Below, in pieces: positions 1 through 10,042 of a stretch of 64,000 bases of DNA. Location: IMG/VR virus record IMGVR_UViG_3300045988_184127; one strand, written 5' to 3'. The DNA comes from a virus. The translations under genes were made by a program, and so were the position numbers. The notes beneath the pieces are model-generated. The model was given only the letters and a program-made list of their open reading frames with translations. It did no database searches and had not been told where the DNA came from. The first letter of the stretch is position 1, and each line of letters opens with the position of its first letter.

Positions 1-314
1 ATACAACCGTTACTACTGGGCGATATGTTGAAGCATACATCAATGAACAGAAATGCAAAACCATAACGCTGCCGGTCATTGAGTTTGAAGAACTCGAATA
101 TCAAAAAAACGGACGAGTGCCTTATCATGTCGTTTGTGAGCGAGGAACGCAAGACGGTATCAGCCGGGCACTAGGAAGCAAAGTTCTCGATTTCAAGGAT
201 TTTGACAACATCCCAATGCCAGCACATAAATACGACGACGACGGAATTCGCCGCGATGGGATTAACCCATTGACGCATAATGGATACAATGAAGAGGAGA
301 TGGATGACCAATGA
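1..314 (+). CDS. hypothetical protein, C-terminal portion (5-prime end lies outside window)
   Basis: Frame open from window start to stop at 312-314 (track ORF 117..314 is its internal Met); no recognisable motif. Confidence 0.35.
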   Translation, partial: TTVTTGRYVEAYINEQKCKTITLPVIEFEELEYQKNGRVPYHVVCERGTQDGISRALGSKVLDFKDFDNIPMPAHKYDDDGIRRDGINPLTHNGYNEEEMDDQ

Positions 315-613
315 TAGCGATTCGAGTATGTCCAACCTGCAAGCGCAAGTTTGAAGCTCGTGTGGGAGAACCCCAAACTTATTGTGAAGAGTGTCTTGAA
401 CTCAAAACCATGAGTGAATCGTCCGTGTGTTCTTGGTTCTTTGATGACGATGACTTCGATGACGATTTCGATATCTCAGAAGCTGGAAAAGAAGAAAAGG
501 CGGAGACACAAGATGGAAAGCAGAGTAGACAAGTATTTGACTTGATTCCGCCGCACAAGGAAAAGACAAGACGCATGGACAACGCTTTCTTCCAGGAAGC
601 ATTGAAAGGTTGA
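311..613 (+). CDS. small acidic zinc-ribbon-like protein (CPTC...CEEC)
   Basis: Two CxxC pairs near N-terminus, Asp-rich middle; overlaps upstream stop by 4 nt (coupling). Confidence 0.35.
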   Translation: MIAIRVCPTCKRKFEARVGEPQTYCEECLELKTMSESSVCSWFFDDDDFDDDFDISEAGKEEKAETQDGKQSRQVFDLIPPHKEKTRRMDNAFFQEALKG

Positions 614-844
614 CAGAAGGGTTGATGGAGCTACTTCAACCTCTCGTCTGGCAGGCTGGCAACACTTTGACCGCTAATCGTGAACTTTCATTTAACAAAC
701 CGGCTTCCAAATTGAGAAAAAGTGCAATTTATGGTATAATGCAGATATAGAAAAGAAAAATTGTACATACCTCTGACCACAAATCATTCAGATGCAATCT
801 AATCAAGGTTTGAGGTTATCTAAATCAAATCGGAAGCATGTCCT

Positions 845-1513
845 ATGAAAAGAAAGTTTTTAATTCCATACGCTGCAGCAACACTTGCAATGGCAGCCGC
901 AATCTGCACTGCCGGAATACCTTCCGTTGCTTTAGCAAGGACCTATGAGGGCTATAATGGAATGAAGCGTAGCTCGACGGCAGAAGAGACATTCCAGGAA
1001 ATCAAAGTTCCTGCCTTTGCCTCCATCAAAGAAGTGACGGCGGAGGAAGCACGAAGCGTAGCTGATGGCATTATCGTTTTTGCATTTCCTACCTGCCCTT
1101 ATTGCCGGAACCTGATGCCGGAACTTATCGAGACCGCAAAAGAGGAGGGAAAGCCCCTCTACTATTGCCAGATTGATAACTACCGCGACAAGTATGAATT
1201 TGATGAGACTCTGAATGGCCCGGTCATGACCGTGGCTCCCGAAAAAGGGTATTATGAGCTTCTTGACTGGCTGAGCGATTATCTCATCGACTATACTGTG
1301 AAAGACGAGAACGGCGAAAGCATCAGTATCGGTGAAAAGAGAATCGGAGCGCCCACCATAATTACAGTCCAGAACGGGGTTCCTGTATCCTCCTGGAAGC
1401 TGAGCATGGTAGAGAATGCCGAGTTCCCTGACAATGCGTATACTCGTTGGAGCCAGGAAACGCAGGAAATCGTATCGGAGTCACTGCATCAATATTTTGC
1501 TGAGGAGGCATAA
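845..1513 (+). CDS. secreted thioredoxin-fold protein (thiol-disulfide oxidoreductase-like)
   Basis: N-terminal hydrophobic signal/anchor; CPYC active-site motif (FPTCPYCRNLMPEL) typical of thioredoxin fold. Confidence 0.6.
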   Translation: MKRKFLIPYAAATLAMAAAICTAGIPSVALARTYEGYNGMKRSSTAEETFQEIKVPAFASIKEVTAEEARSVADGIIVFAFPTCPYCRNLMPELIETAKEEGKPLYYCQIDNYRDKYEFDETLNGPVMTVAPEKGYYELLDWLSDYLIDYTVKDENGESISIGEKRIGAPTIITVQNGVPVSSWKLSMVENAEFPDNAYTRWSQETQEIVSESLHQYFAEEA

Positions 1514-1516
1514 GTC

Positions 1517-1741
1517 ATGTCGAATATCACTGTTGGTCGAATCTTGCTTCTGGACCTTGTGTTCCTTGTTAATTCTGCTTTAACTCTTGTTGTTTTCAAG
1601 TTCGTTGGTCTTTTGGATGTTATGTCTACATCGGCCTTGTTCTTTCATTTTGTTGGTTCTTATATTATCCTGGCATATTTCATGTTTTGGATTTATCCGC
1701 AGATTCTGGAAGACCGGGAAAACAACGACGACGATAAATAA
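1517..1741 (+). CDS. small hydrophobic membrane protein
   Basis: 74 aa, two predicted TM stretches, starts 4 nt after upstream stop. Confidence 0.3.
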   Translation: MSNITVGRILLLDLVFLVNSALTLVVFKFVGLLDVMSTSALFFHFVGSYIILAYFMFWIYPQILEDRENNDDDK

Positions 1742-1985
1742 CCTGGTCGGAACCGTAGGCGCTTGAAACCGTAGGTACTTGCCTAAAGTTGAGCGAAATG
1801 TACTTGCGGGAAGCGTAGCCGCAATAGACTACTCCGAAAGTACCGTAGGCCCGCATACCGTAGGTCATACAATGAAGCGTAGCTGTTTGTAAAGAAATGA
1901 AAGACGGATGACGAAAGCGTAGCCGCTGCCCGGTAACAGGCTGCCGGTTGCGTAGCTGCCATTCGTCTTTTTGGGCTTAGAGGAG
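1741..1985. repeat. cluster of short direct motifs (A/G)CCGTAGG x4 and (A)AGCGTAGC x4, plus GTACTTGC x2
   Basis: Read directly: ggaaccgtagg, gaaaccgtagg, gtaccgtagg, cataccgtagg; gaagcgtagcc, gaagcgtagct, aaagcgtagcc, ttgcgtagct. The 13-mer ATGAAGCGTAGCT also occurs inside the upstream CDS (~962). Confidence 0.6.
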
Positions 1986-1993
1986 AGACGAGA

Positions 1994-2227
1994 ATGGTAT
2001 ATGAGGTAATCAGTCCACGCCCACATGGTTCAGAAATATTCGTGGGATTGCATACAGAATACCCGGAATGCATCGACCCGTTGAGTGTGCAGGAAGCAAT
2101 GCTCAGCGGCGGTAACAAAATCACATTCAAGGGCACTGAGAAAGAATATGAGGCGGTCAAGAAAAAGCTGGCAGCCAAAGTCAAGGTGACCATCATCAAA
2201 GAACAGAAAACGAAGAAAGAAAAATAA
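1994..2227 (+). CDS. hypothetical small lysine-rich protein
   Basis: 77 aa ORF with RBS-like GAGGAGAG upstream. Confidence 0.35.
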   Translation: MVYEVISPRPHGSEIFVGLHTEYPECIDPLSVQEAMLSGGNKITFKGTEKEYEAVKKKLAAKVKVTIIKEQKTKKEK

Positions 2228-2228
2228 T

Positions 2229-2978
2229 ATGGTAAAGACTGATTTCAAGAACACTTATGAAGCATTTATGCATTGCGATAAAAACAAGCTGGCGAAAGAA
2301 TTTGCTGCCATGTATTCCGATAACGAGGAACAGGCGGCAGCAGTCAAGGAAGTCGATAGAGCATTTGCCAGAATGGAGACCGTCACGCCGAAAGCGGTGA
2401 ACCCGGATGAACAGAGTATCATTGTGGTTTGCAAGGGATTTGGCGATGAGGGGGATGACACTGTCTGCATCGAAGTGGAAGACCTCCGTAAATGGAGAGA
2501 AGAGCACCTGAAAGAATCTGAGCCCATCAGTGATGAGATGCTGACCTTTATGAGCACGGACGAAATCGAGAATGCAGTGATGAAACAGGACCTTCCCACG
2601 AAATATGCTTTTGAGCTCAGTGCTTGGAATGAAATTCTTAGCTGGAAACTGGCACCATCCAGCATCTACATCTATGGCCTTGAATTCTGCCTGTCCCGTG
2701 TGTTATGGGAAATGACATTCTTCGGAGTGGATGAATCCGGTGTGGAGTTGGAAAAGGAAAAGCTCGATACGAGATTTGAGGAAGCGCAGAGGTTTTTTGA
2801 TGAAAACAAGGAACCTCAAATCGGATTCTCGATTGAAGACATTGCTAAGAAGCTTCTCGGCGATGATTATACAGAAGACTGGTATCCCGAAGAGGAGCAG
2901 GAACGCGACCGCCGAAATATGGTTATTTCCTCCTATAAGGACAACAATGAAATGGAACGGCTGCTCATGATGCTTTAA
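2229..2978 (+). CDS. hypothetical protein
   Basis: 249 aa ORF immediately following previous gene (operon-like packing). Confidence 0.4.
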   Translation: MVKTDFKNTYEAFMHCDKNKLAKEFAAMYSDNEEQAAAVKEVDRAFARMETVTPKAVNPDEQSIIVVCKGFGDEGDDTVCIEVEDLRKWREEHLKESEPISDEMLTFMSTDEIENAVMKQDLPTKYAFELSAWNEILSWKLAPSSIYIYGLEFCLSRVLWEMTFFGVDESGVELEKEKLDTRFEEAQRFFDENKEPQIGFSIEDIAKKLLGDDYTEDWYPEEEQERDRRNMVISSYKDNNEMERLLMML

Positions 2979-2997
2979 GAGAAAACGAGAAGGGGAG

Positions 2998-3843
2998 ATG
3001 AGGATGAGCGAAATCTTCGTGGCGGGAGATATCCATGGAAACTATCAAGGATTGATGGAATCTCTCAATGCAGCAGGCTGGCAGGAAGGCGATACCATCA
3101 TCTGCGTGGGAGATGTCACCGACCGTGGAAAAGATAATGCCAGAACGGTGTCTTTTCTGCAAGAGCATGAATGTGATGTGAGATTGGTTCAGGGCAACCA
3201 TGAGCTTCAACACAGGAAGATGCTTCAGTACTATCATGTGTTAATCAAAGTCCCCCAAATTCGGTTGTTTGCGGCAGGAATATTCAGAACATACAAGGCA
3301 GGATATACTTATCCCAAAACAAAAGAAGAACTCAAAGAGTATGAGTGCAGTGCTGATAAACGAATCGAAATTATTCGGGGGAAGCCAAAGACTTTCTATG
3401 CATTCGTTCGTGCCTTTATCACCTATACGATAGCATGGGAAGACGATAGCCTTTGGAAGATTATTCTGTACTTGCTGGAAGTGATGTGCGGCAATCCCTA
3501 TGATGCCGAAAGAACTATATACGAGTATCTCTCCTGTACAAGGAAACAAAGAGCATTATTTGAATGGCTTTGGAATCAGACGGTTACGGAGGTTAATATA
3601 GATTATACAGAGCCATATAGATATCAGCATATAGTGATTACGCATAACAATCCTTTTGGAAGATATTACAGTTACGACCTGGATGAGTTACGACCTGGAC
3701 ACGATAAGACGCTCTATATCTTTGGACACATCCCGCATTCCGAAATTGTGAGATTCGACAGGGATTGTTCCGGATGCACTTATCTGGACATTGACACATC
3801 TCCGAACTCGGTTGGCGTCATTAAGCTGAGCGATTATCTCTAA
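2998..3843 (+). CDS. calcineurin-like metallophosphoesterase (Ser/Thr protein phosphatase, lambda PPase-like)
   Basis: GDIHGN...GDVTDRG...GNHE metallophosphatase signature motifs in N-terminal 70 aa; alternative start ATG at 3004. Confidence 0.8.
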   Translation: MRMSEIFVAGDIHGNYQGLMESLNAAGWQEGDTIICVGDVTDRGKDNARTVSFLQEHECDVRLVQGNHELQHRKMLQYYHVLIKVPQIRLFAAGIFRTYKAGYTYPKTKEELKEYECSADKRIEIIRGKPKTFYAFVRAFITYTIAWEDDSLWKIILYLLEVMCGNPYDAERTIYEYLSCTRKQRALFEWLWNQTVTEVNIDYTEPYRYQHIVITHNNPFGRYYSYDLDELRPGHDKTLYIFGHIPHSEIVRFDRDCSGCTYLDIDTSPNSVGVIKLSDYL

Positions 3844-3849
3844 GAAAGC

Positions 3850-3897
3850 ATAAGCACCATAGGGGCACAGAGCCTCTGTGGTGCTTTTTCTTTTTGC
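3850..3897 (+). terminator. rho-independent terminator
   Basis: GC hairpin gcaccat..cacagagCctctgtg..gtgc followed by tttttcttttt. Confidence 0.6.
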
Positions 3898-4404
3898 ATG
3901 GGTAAAGTTTCCTTGCTCATACGAAAACGATGCGCAGGTAAGGGCTTTCTGACGGCTGTGAGGAGGTAGAGCAATCAGTCCAAAGTCTGGTTTCATAATG
4001 TTCATCAGAACGGATGGCCTGGTCAAAACGAATCTATGCCAAGGCATACAGATTTCTCAGCAGAGCGCAGTCGTCCCAATAAGATAGGTTCAGAACGTCT
4101 GCAGGGCCTTGTGACAACTGCCAGCTTGTCTTTTTGGCTACCCGGTTGTCTCAGCAAACTCTCCTGTAACCAAAACCAGAGACTTGGCTATTCGGCTTTG
4201 ATAAAAGCAGTTCACAAAGCGGACTTCCCATTGTATAATAGTGACATACATTTGAGTTTCGCAGGACTGATATCAGGTGGAGCAGATGGGCAAGAATCGG
4301 ATGAGCCGCAGGGAAGCGTGAGCAAGGAAAATCACAAAGACCACAAATATAATCTTGGCAGAACGGGAAAATACCGATATCATTCAAGGAGGGAGGAATG
4401 TGAT

Positions 4405-5802
4405 ATGGAACGAACGATTGACGCAGAGACGGAGGAGCTCTCAAAGCGGGAAAAGTATCGTGAACGGCGTGGTGAGGAGTATGATGTTGTCTCAAAAGTC
4501 GCTTTCCTTATTGGCGTGCCAGACTCTCACTGGAAGAGCCAGTATACGGGTTTGGATTCAGATATTTATGAGCAACTCAGCGATAACCGAGATGCTCGCA
4601 TCATCCGAAACCTCTGTGGCTTACGAACCGAGATAGAGCGCAACTTCAAGCACTTTTCAATGTTAATTCTGATGGAGCTCAAGAACCTGCATACGATTCC
4701 TCAGACACAAGGCATGGTTAATCAGCTTCGAAAAGATGGAATCGATATCATAAAAGCGAATCCAAAGCTGGAAGAATACCTGCCAAAAATCAACACTCTC
4801 TTACAGCAGCATATCGATGCTTGCAAGTCTCTGTTTCCAATCTGGGTCAACTGGGAGTTCGTGCGGCAGCTGTTTATCATCCCTGGCGGCAACAGCACAA
4901 AGAAGTCCAAGGAAGTCTTCGAGTATTATATGGAGAACCTCGAACGCTATCCGTATCGCATGTTCATTAACTGGCGCTGGAGCAAAGATGAGGAAGGAAA
5001 TCTTCTTTATAATGACGAAAAGTTTCTGAGCAGACTTTATCAGCAGAATGGTGAGGTATTCACCGGCTACTCCAATGTCAGAGGAGAAGGAAGAGAAACC
5101 AAGAGAAACATTTATGGATTTGTGGATGCCAGCGAACAGACGGTTGCTCTCGTTGACTGCGAAAACTGTGACCCGCTGAAACTGTGTGCGGCTCTTCAAA
5201 GTATGCAGCCGGAAACGCTTGCTAAAATCACAAAAATCATTTTGTACAATGATGTTAATGCTTCTTCTGCCTGGAATCTGCTTCAGAAACACACAAGGGC
5301 GGTTATTGAACATCAAATGTCAGAACGAGTCCTTACCGGGAAAAGCCTTGTGGATGTGATGCTGGTGGCGGGGTGCTGCAAGGAGCACTATGTCAACAAG
5401 GTGGACAGTTTCCTGCTGTTTTCATCGGATTCCGACTATTGGGGGCTTATCAGCTCGGTGTCCACTGCCAAATTTCTCGTGATGGTTGAGCAAAATAAAG
5501 TCAGCAGCGAAATTGTACAGAAAATGATTGACAGTGATATTCCCTTTTGCTATCTGGACCAGTTTTGCCAAGGTGGGCAATCTCACAAAATGAAGGTCGA
5601 TGCACTGCTCAGTGAATGCCAGCGCTTTGTCGGCAGGCACTTTGAAAGCTTCAATGTCAAGGAAATGATGAATGTAGCTTATCTACAAACCCGCATCGAG
5701 CTTTCGAAGGCTGAGGAAAAACAGTTTTATGAACGATATATCAAAACCATGCGCATCAAGATTTCAGCGGATGGTTCCGTAAATATTGAGTTCGGAAGCT
5801 GA
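4405..5802 (+). CDS. NYN (PIN-like) nuclease domain protein
   Basis: C-terminal region has LabA/NYN-like motifs VALVDCENCD ... LLFSSDSDYWGLI; start chosen at MERTIDAE with GGAGGGAGG RBS rather than track start 4036. Confidence 0.55.
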   Translation: MERTIDAETEELSKREKYRERRGEEYDVVSKVAFLIGVPDSHWKSQYTGLDSDIYEQLSDNRDARIIRNLCGLRTEIERNFKHFSMLILMELKNLHTIPQTQGMVNQLRKDGIDIIKANPKLEEYLPKINTLLQQHIDACKSLFPIWVNWEFVRQLFIIPGGNSTKKSKEVFEYYMENLERYPYRMFINWRWSKDEEGNLLYNDEKFLSRLYQQNGEVFTGYSNVRGEGRETKRNIYGFVDASEQTVALVDCENCDPLKLCAALQSMQPETLAKITKIILYNDVNASSAWNLLQKHTRAVIEHQMSERVLTGKSLVDVMLVAGCCKEHYVNKVDSFLLFSSDSDYWGLISSVSTAKFLVMVEQNKVSSEIVQKMIDSDIPFCYLDQFCQGGQSHKMKVDALLSECQRFVGRHFESFNVKEMMNVAYLQTRIELSKAEEKQFYERYIKTMRIKISADGSVNIEFGS

Positions 5803-5807
5803 AGACG

Positions 5808-6179
5808 ATGCACAATGATAGCAAGGAGGGTAAATACCAAGTGATACCGATTGTATGTGTCGATGACCGATTCGGCATGGCGTTCAACAAACGGCGCTGC
5901 AGCTCGGATGTGGCCATCCTCAAAGATATTCTTGGCAGAACGGATAATGCCAAGCTATGGACCGACTCGTACTCTGCAAAACTGTTTTCACCTGAATCTG
6001 AGATTCTAGTGGATGACAGGGCTTTTGAGAAAGCCGAGGCAGGGGAATATGTGTTTTGCGAGCGAGTAGACCCAGGAAAATATCAGGATAGAATCGAGAA
6101 AGTCCTTGTGTATTTCTGGAACCGGAATGCCAGAGCTGTTCGGTCGAGATACTTCCGTTCTGGAAGGCTCATTCGATAA
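5808..6179 (+). CDS. hypothetical protein (may be 5-prime part of a frameshifted gene with 6106..6519)
   Basis: 123 aa ORF overlapping next ORF by 74 nt in another frame. Confidence 0.3.
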   Translation: MHNDSKEGKYQVIPIVCVDDRFGMAFNKRRCSSDVAILKDILGRTDNAKLWTDSYSAKLFSPESEILVDDRAFEKAEAGEYVFCERVDPGKYQDRIEKVLVYFWNRNARAVRSRYFRSGRLIR

Positions 6180-6519
6180 GGACGGCCTGCCCGATAACTG
6201 GGCGGACTTTGTTGGCAGGCTGAAGGATTTTCTCCAGGGCCAGAGCCTCGGGATGCTGTTCGACTCTCGCGTGTATAGCAAAGTATTGAGAAAGAGCAAT
6301 GAGGTGGCTTTTTGTGGTATCGATGGCGTGGTGAGAACACGCTATTACCGCTGTGGGGACGAAATCTGCGAGGGAGATACGGTCGTGGTCCCGACACCGA
6401 TGAAGCACACATTGGCTATAGGACGGGCTGTCGAAATTCGGTATTGTCCCAAAGACAAGATTCCGAAAGAGATGGCGCAGGCACAAGAGATTCTGGGCCT
6501 TGCCAAAGAAATAGAATAG
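6106..6519 (+). CDS. hypothetical protein (possible 3-prime part of frameshifted gene)
   Basis: 137 aa ORF; followed by bidirectional terminator. Confidence 0.3.
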   Translation: MCISGTGMPELFGRDTSVLEGSFDKDGLPDNWADFVGRLKDFLQGQSLGMLFDSRVYSKVLRKSNEVAFCGIDGVVRTRYYRCGDEICEGDTVVVPTPMKHTLAIGRAVEIRYCPKDKIPKEMAQAQEILGLAKEIE

Positions 6520-6523
6520 GGAA

Positions 6524-6566
6524 AAGAAAAAAGAGGGGCTTAGAACAGCTCCTCTTTTTCTTATTG
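6524..6566. terminator. bidirectional rho-independent terminator
   Basis: aaaaagaggggct..agctcctctttttc hairpin between convergent genes. Confidence 0.6.
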
Positions 6567-6568
6567 CC

Positions 6569-6958
6569 TTATTCTTCCAAAACCTCTCCGAGCGAAAGGA
6601 CCGCATTGCGGACACATTCAGGGCAGGGACACAGAACTTTGCCGGTTCCAATGCCTTTCAGGTCCTTGCAGATGGTAGCACCGCATTTACGCTCGAAATT
6701 CTGTACAAGCTCTTTGGAAATACGGGGCGTGCCTTTGCCATCTGTGAGAATGCCTGCCACCATGACAGCGCCAATCAGGGCCCCGCAAGTGCTTTCCATA
6801 CACCCCATCCCGGCAGCGTATCCCGCCGTCAGCTTCATCAGCGTTTCATCATCGATAGGTAGTTTATCCTCAAACACCTTGACCACAGACTGTGTGCAGT
6901 TGCATTTCCCGGTCGCCTTCAGTTCAGCAGCCACCGCTGCGCGTTCCTCAATACTCAT
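6569..6958 (-). CDS. C_GCAxxG_C_C family putative redox-active protein
   Basis: GMGCMESTCGALIG core and C-terminal CPCPECVRN cysteines typical of C_GCAxxG_C_C family. Confidence 0.7.
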   Translation of the reverse strand: MSIEERAAVAAELKATGKCNCTQSVVKVFEDKLPIDDETLMKLTAGYAAGMGCMESTCGALIGAVMVAGILTDGKGTPRISKELVQNFERKCGATICKDLKGIGTGKVLCPCPECVRNAVLSLGEVLEE

Positions 6959-7077
6959 ATTTTACACTCCTTTTTCTTTCCAGTATACCACAAAAAGACG
7001 GGCACAGGCAAAAAAAGAAAGGAGCCGCCCGAAGGTGACTCCAATAGTTTAGGTTCCTGTTTTAGCCGTGAAAAGCA

Positions 7078-7551
7078 TCAGGCGGCAGACGGGGTATCCG
7101 TTGCTGCGTCAAAGAGCAGTGTGCCTTCGCCGTTATAGCTTGCGTCGTTCAGAGCGGCGTAGATGTAGTCAATGAAATAGCCATCATCACCATTGTAGGT
7201 GGACTTCATGGAGACAAGATTGCCGTTGTCATCATAGGTGTTCTCGAAGGCCTGTTCGAAGTTGCCCATCGTAGCATCTTTGCCCTGCTGTTTGGTCATA
7301 TTACCATGCTCATCGTATTCGGTCGAGACATCACTGCCCTGACCAAAATAATAAGTGGTCTTGTTGTCGCTCACGCGCTTGTGATACACAATGTCATCTG
7401 CACCATCTTCGCTGACAGTCTCGATATACAGACTATCGACGTCCATCGTATCAAAGTCACGAGTCGTGGTCTGAACGCCACTGTCATTCGTGATGACCTC
7501 CTTGACACCTCCCACGATTGAAATCGTGGGATTCCTGGGCGGCAGCTGCAA
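7078..7551 (-). pseudogene. YD/RHS-repeat protein fragment; its N-terminal codons are supplied by the IS right end
   Basis: Repeated YDxxGN motifs (YDDNGNLVSM, YDEHGNMT); first residues PPRNPTISIVGG are encoded by the IS terminal palindrome, so the ORF is not an intact gene. Confidence 0.4.
7506..7531. repeat. IS right-end palindromic hairpin
   Basis: cccacgattgaaatcgtggg. Confidence 0.7.
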
Positions 7552-7766
7552 GGCTCATCACCATGCAGCATGCCAGGTAGCGAGTTATGCGGTTTCCCAC
7601 AAAAAGCCACGGGTGTGGCTTTCCATGAGTATCCAGCCTTTGCAGGTTGACCAACACACTTGTCTGCGTTCCCAGCTTTTTGAGTGCATCCTCCTGTGAA
7701 GTTTCACCCCTTACGGGGCAGCTCTCTTACGAGGGACGTGTCGAGACCCCCGGAAAACTATTATTT

Positions 7767-9503
7767 TTAGAATCCAACGCTTGCAGGAAGATAGCTTTCA
7801 GCTTCCTGCAGGCGCTTTTTTGTATTTTCATGCATCTTCAAAAATGCAGGAAAAGCAGCTTTAAGAGCTTCGGTATCGTATTTTAGAGTTTCAGTATTTA
7901 TATGGGCGAGCAGAAAAGCGGAATACAGGTCACGCTGAACCACTTCTCCGCTGCTGAGATGTGCCATCCGTTCAGATAGTTTCTTCTTGGTATAGCTTTC
8001 ATCCGTATGGTCAAACTGAGAGGCTTTCGTCTCAAAAGTATCTACCTTGATAACATTGCCGCCGTTGTGGACAGCTTTGTTTGTAAGAATCGTGATAAAC
8101 TTCGCGGGAGCACAGCGACTTAAAGATTTACCGAAACGCTTTTTCGTATGTGCTCTACCGGTTTTTGGATTGACTTTCGTTTCCTTGCTGCGCTTCTGCA
8201 AGGCTTTGTAGTTCATATCTTCAGCCACGAACTCGTTGCCATGCTGCAGCAATTCGTTAGCAAGGATGTTGTGCTCCATCTTGCGGATATCCCCCAATCG
8301 GCGGTTTAAGTCACGCAGTTTTGCTTTCAAACGGAAATAGCGCTTGCTGCACTTCCAGTCGCGCTTTTGCTTTTGACCGTGCTTGCACTTCAATCGTTTT
8401 ATCGTGCCATCCGGATTATAATATTTCGGATTCGTGGCGCGACGGGAACGGTCCATTGCTCGCATGGTGCATGTAATTTCGTTCACAAGGCTTTTAGCTT
8501 GCGCTCTTGCCGATGGCGCGAGCACCCTCAAATCGCAGATATCATTGCTGCTGATGGCGAGCGTCTGTGTGCCAATATCAAGGCCCACACGGCCTTGATT
8601 GACGGGATACCTCATGACGCCGTTGCTATCGCATTTGACGGGAGGATACCCTTCCAAAACAAGTTGAGCATAATACTTCCACTTATTGCGAACCCATTTA
8701 CGGGTGATACGGCAATACTTTACGCCGCATTTGAGGGCTTCCTGCTGATATCTTCCCGTCTGAGTGTTAGGATTACGCACCACAACGGGAAATTCATGGT
8801 CGCCATACACTATGCGCAAAGAGCCTTCCCCAATAGACAGTTTGACTTTCGCAACGGCAGCGACGATATCGGCTTCCATTTGCGGTATTACAGCATCAGG
8901 AAGAATGACCTTTTTATCATCTTCAGGGTCAGGCTGTCCGTATGCTTTATAGTATCGCTGCTCAATAGCCTTTTGCTTTTTATTTTTTGCTGACCTTATA
9001 TTGCTCGTTGTGAGATTTGCCGGACGAAGCACAATGCCGGTGGCGTTATTCTTGCCAGAGATAGAAGTTACATCCTCAAGCTTTTTATAATGGACGGCCT
9101 TTCCTTTGCTGAAGAAAAAGCCTTCCCAAGCCGTCCAGACAGCAGATGCAACTTTCTGTGCTACATGAGAGTGGATAGCAAAGTGCTTTGCGTACGGCAC
9201 AACCAACTTATGAAAAGCATCTTCAGAAAAACGATATTCTTTAAGCATCTTTTCGCGCTGCTTAAAGAGTGTTTTTTGCTCATCGCTGTCGGGAGTTGCT
9301 TTTGCAATAGCTGCCATCAACTCACGATACTTGCGCGTCTTGCGCAATTGATGCCACATTTTTGTAGTCACACTCACAAGCTGATTGTAGATGACACCAC
9401 ACTTCTTGAACTCCTTATACAGATAGTCTTGCTCGTTGAGACTTATATCAAGAGGCAATGTCAATACAAATGATGGCGTGCTATTCTTGCTCCCGAAAGC
9501 CAT
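7767..9503 (-). CDS. tnpB: TnpB-like RNA-guided (OMEGA) RuvC nuclease, IS605 OrfB family
   Basis: RuvC-I VGLDIGTQTLAISS, RuvC-II FVAEDMNYKAL, RuvC-III-like RDLYSAFLLAHI; arginine/lysine-rich linker; unusually long (578 aa). Confidence 0.8.
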   Translation of the reverse strand: MAFGSKNSTPSFVLTLPLDISLNEQDYLYKEFKKCGVIYNQLVSVTTKMWHQLRKTRKYRELMAAIAKATPDSDEQKTLFKQREKMLKEYRFSEDAFHKLVVPYAKHFAIHSHVAQKVASAVWTAWEGFFFSKGKAVHYKKLEDVTSISGKNNATGIVLRPANLTTSNIRSAKNKKQKAIEQRYYKAYGQPDPEDDKKVILPDAVIPQMEADIVAAVAKVKLSIGEGSLRIVYGDHEFPVVVRNPNTQTGRYQQEALKCGVKYCRITRKWVRNKWKYYAQLVLEGYPPVKCDSNGVMRYPVNQGRVGLDIGTQTLAISSNDICDLRVLAPSARAQAKSLVNEITCTMRAMDRSRRATNPKYYNPDGTIKRLKCKHGQKQKRDWKCSKRYFRLKAKLRDLNRRLGDIRKMEHNILANELLQHGNEFVAEDMNYKALQKRSKETKVNPKTGRAHTKKRFGKSLSRCAPAKFITILTNKAVHNGGNVIKVDTFETKASQFDHTDESYTKKKLSERMAHLSSGEVVQRDLYSAFLLAHINTETLKYDTEALKAAFPAFLKMHENTKKRLQEAESYLPASVGF

Positions 9504-9507
9504 AAAG

Positions 9508-9909
9508 TTACCCTCCTCTCTTTTTTTGCTGTTCTACATAGTGTTGAATCGTAGCGGTAGACACATCTCCGGCAGTGCTTACAAAATAGCTGCGTGTCCA
9601 CATTTGCATAACCGTGTCAGGAAAAAGCTCTTGCTTGAGTATCTTGCCGGTGGTTCCTTTAATAATTTTCATGATTTCTGCAGCACTTAATGTAGGCGGA
9701 GCATTCACGAAAAGATGACAATGGTCTACATGACATTCCATTGCCAGTATCACAATGTCGTTTTGCTCACAAATTTGAGTTACAAGTTCCTTGAAACGAG
9801 CTTCAAACCCATCCACCAGAAATAATTTTCTTCGATAGCGTGGGCAAAACACAAAGTGATAATTTATCATAGAAACGGTTGCTTTTGTGCGCCTATAATC
9901 TTTTTTCAT
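9508..9909 (-). CDS. tnpA: IS200/IS605 family HUH (Y1) transposase TnpA
   Basis: HVDHCHLFV HuH motif and conserved catalytic Tyr region (MWTRSYFVST); 133 aa. Confidence 0.85.
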   Translation of the reverse strand: MKKDYRRTKATVSMINYHFVFCPRYRRKLFLVDGFEARFKELVTQICEQNDIVILAMECHVDHCHLFVNAPPTLSAAEIMKIIKGTTGKILKQELFPDTVMQMWTRSYFVSTAGDVSTATIQHYVEQQKKRGG

Positions 9910-10016
9910 GTATCTATTATATCATATTTTAGATGCCATGTTGTTACAAACACATGAATATATACAAAGTTGTTTTGAAATTTCTCCCAAAGTAACTCTA
10001 AGGTGCGGCCTTTCAT

Positions 10017-10042
10017 CCCACGATTGAAATCGTGGGCTTTCC
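10017..10042. repeat. IS left-end palindromic hairpin
   Basis: cccacgattgaaatcgtggg upstream of tnpA. Confidence 0.7.

Noticed and set aside
1741-1985. Possible CRISPR array suggested by multiple short repeats
   Set aside because: Repeat units are only 7-10 bp with irregular 10-30-bp spacing and two alternating cores; this does not fit a 28-37-bp repeat/spacer periodicity. Treated as a binding-site/iteron cluster instead.
4036-4404. N-terminal 123 codons of track ORF 4036..5802
   Set aside because: This region follows a strong terminator and lacks an RBS. An internal ATG at 4405 has a GGAGGGAGG RBS and begins the recognisable protein, so the upstream extension is probably untranslated.
6312-7052. 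246-aa plus-strand ORF overlapping the C_GCAxxG_C_C gene
   Set aside because: Overlaps a well-supported minus-strand gene with conserved family motifs; the translation is Arg/Ser/Pro-rich low complexity.
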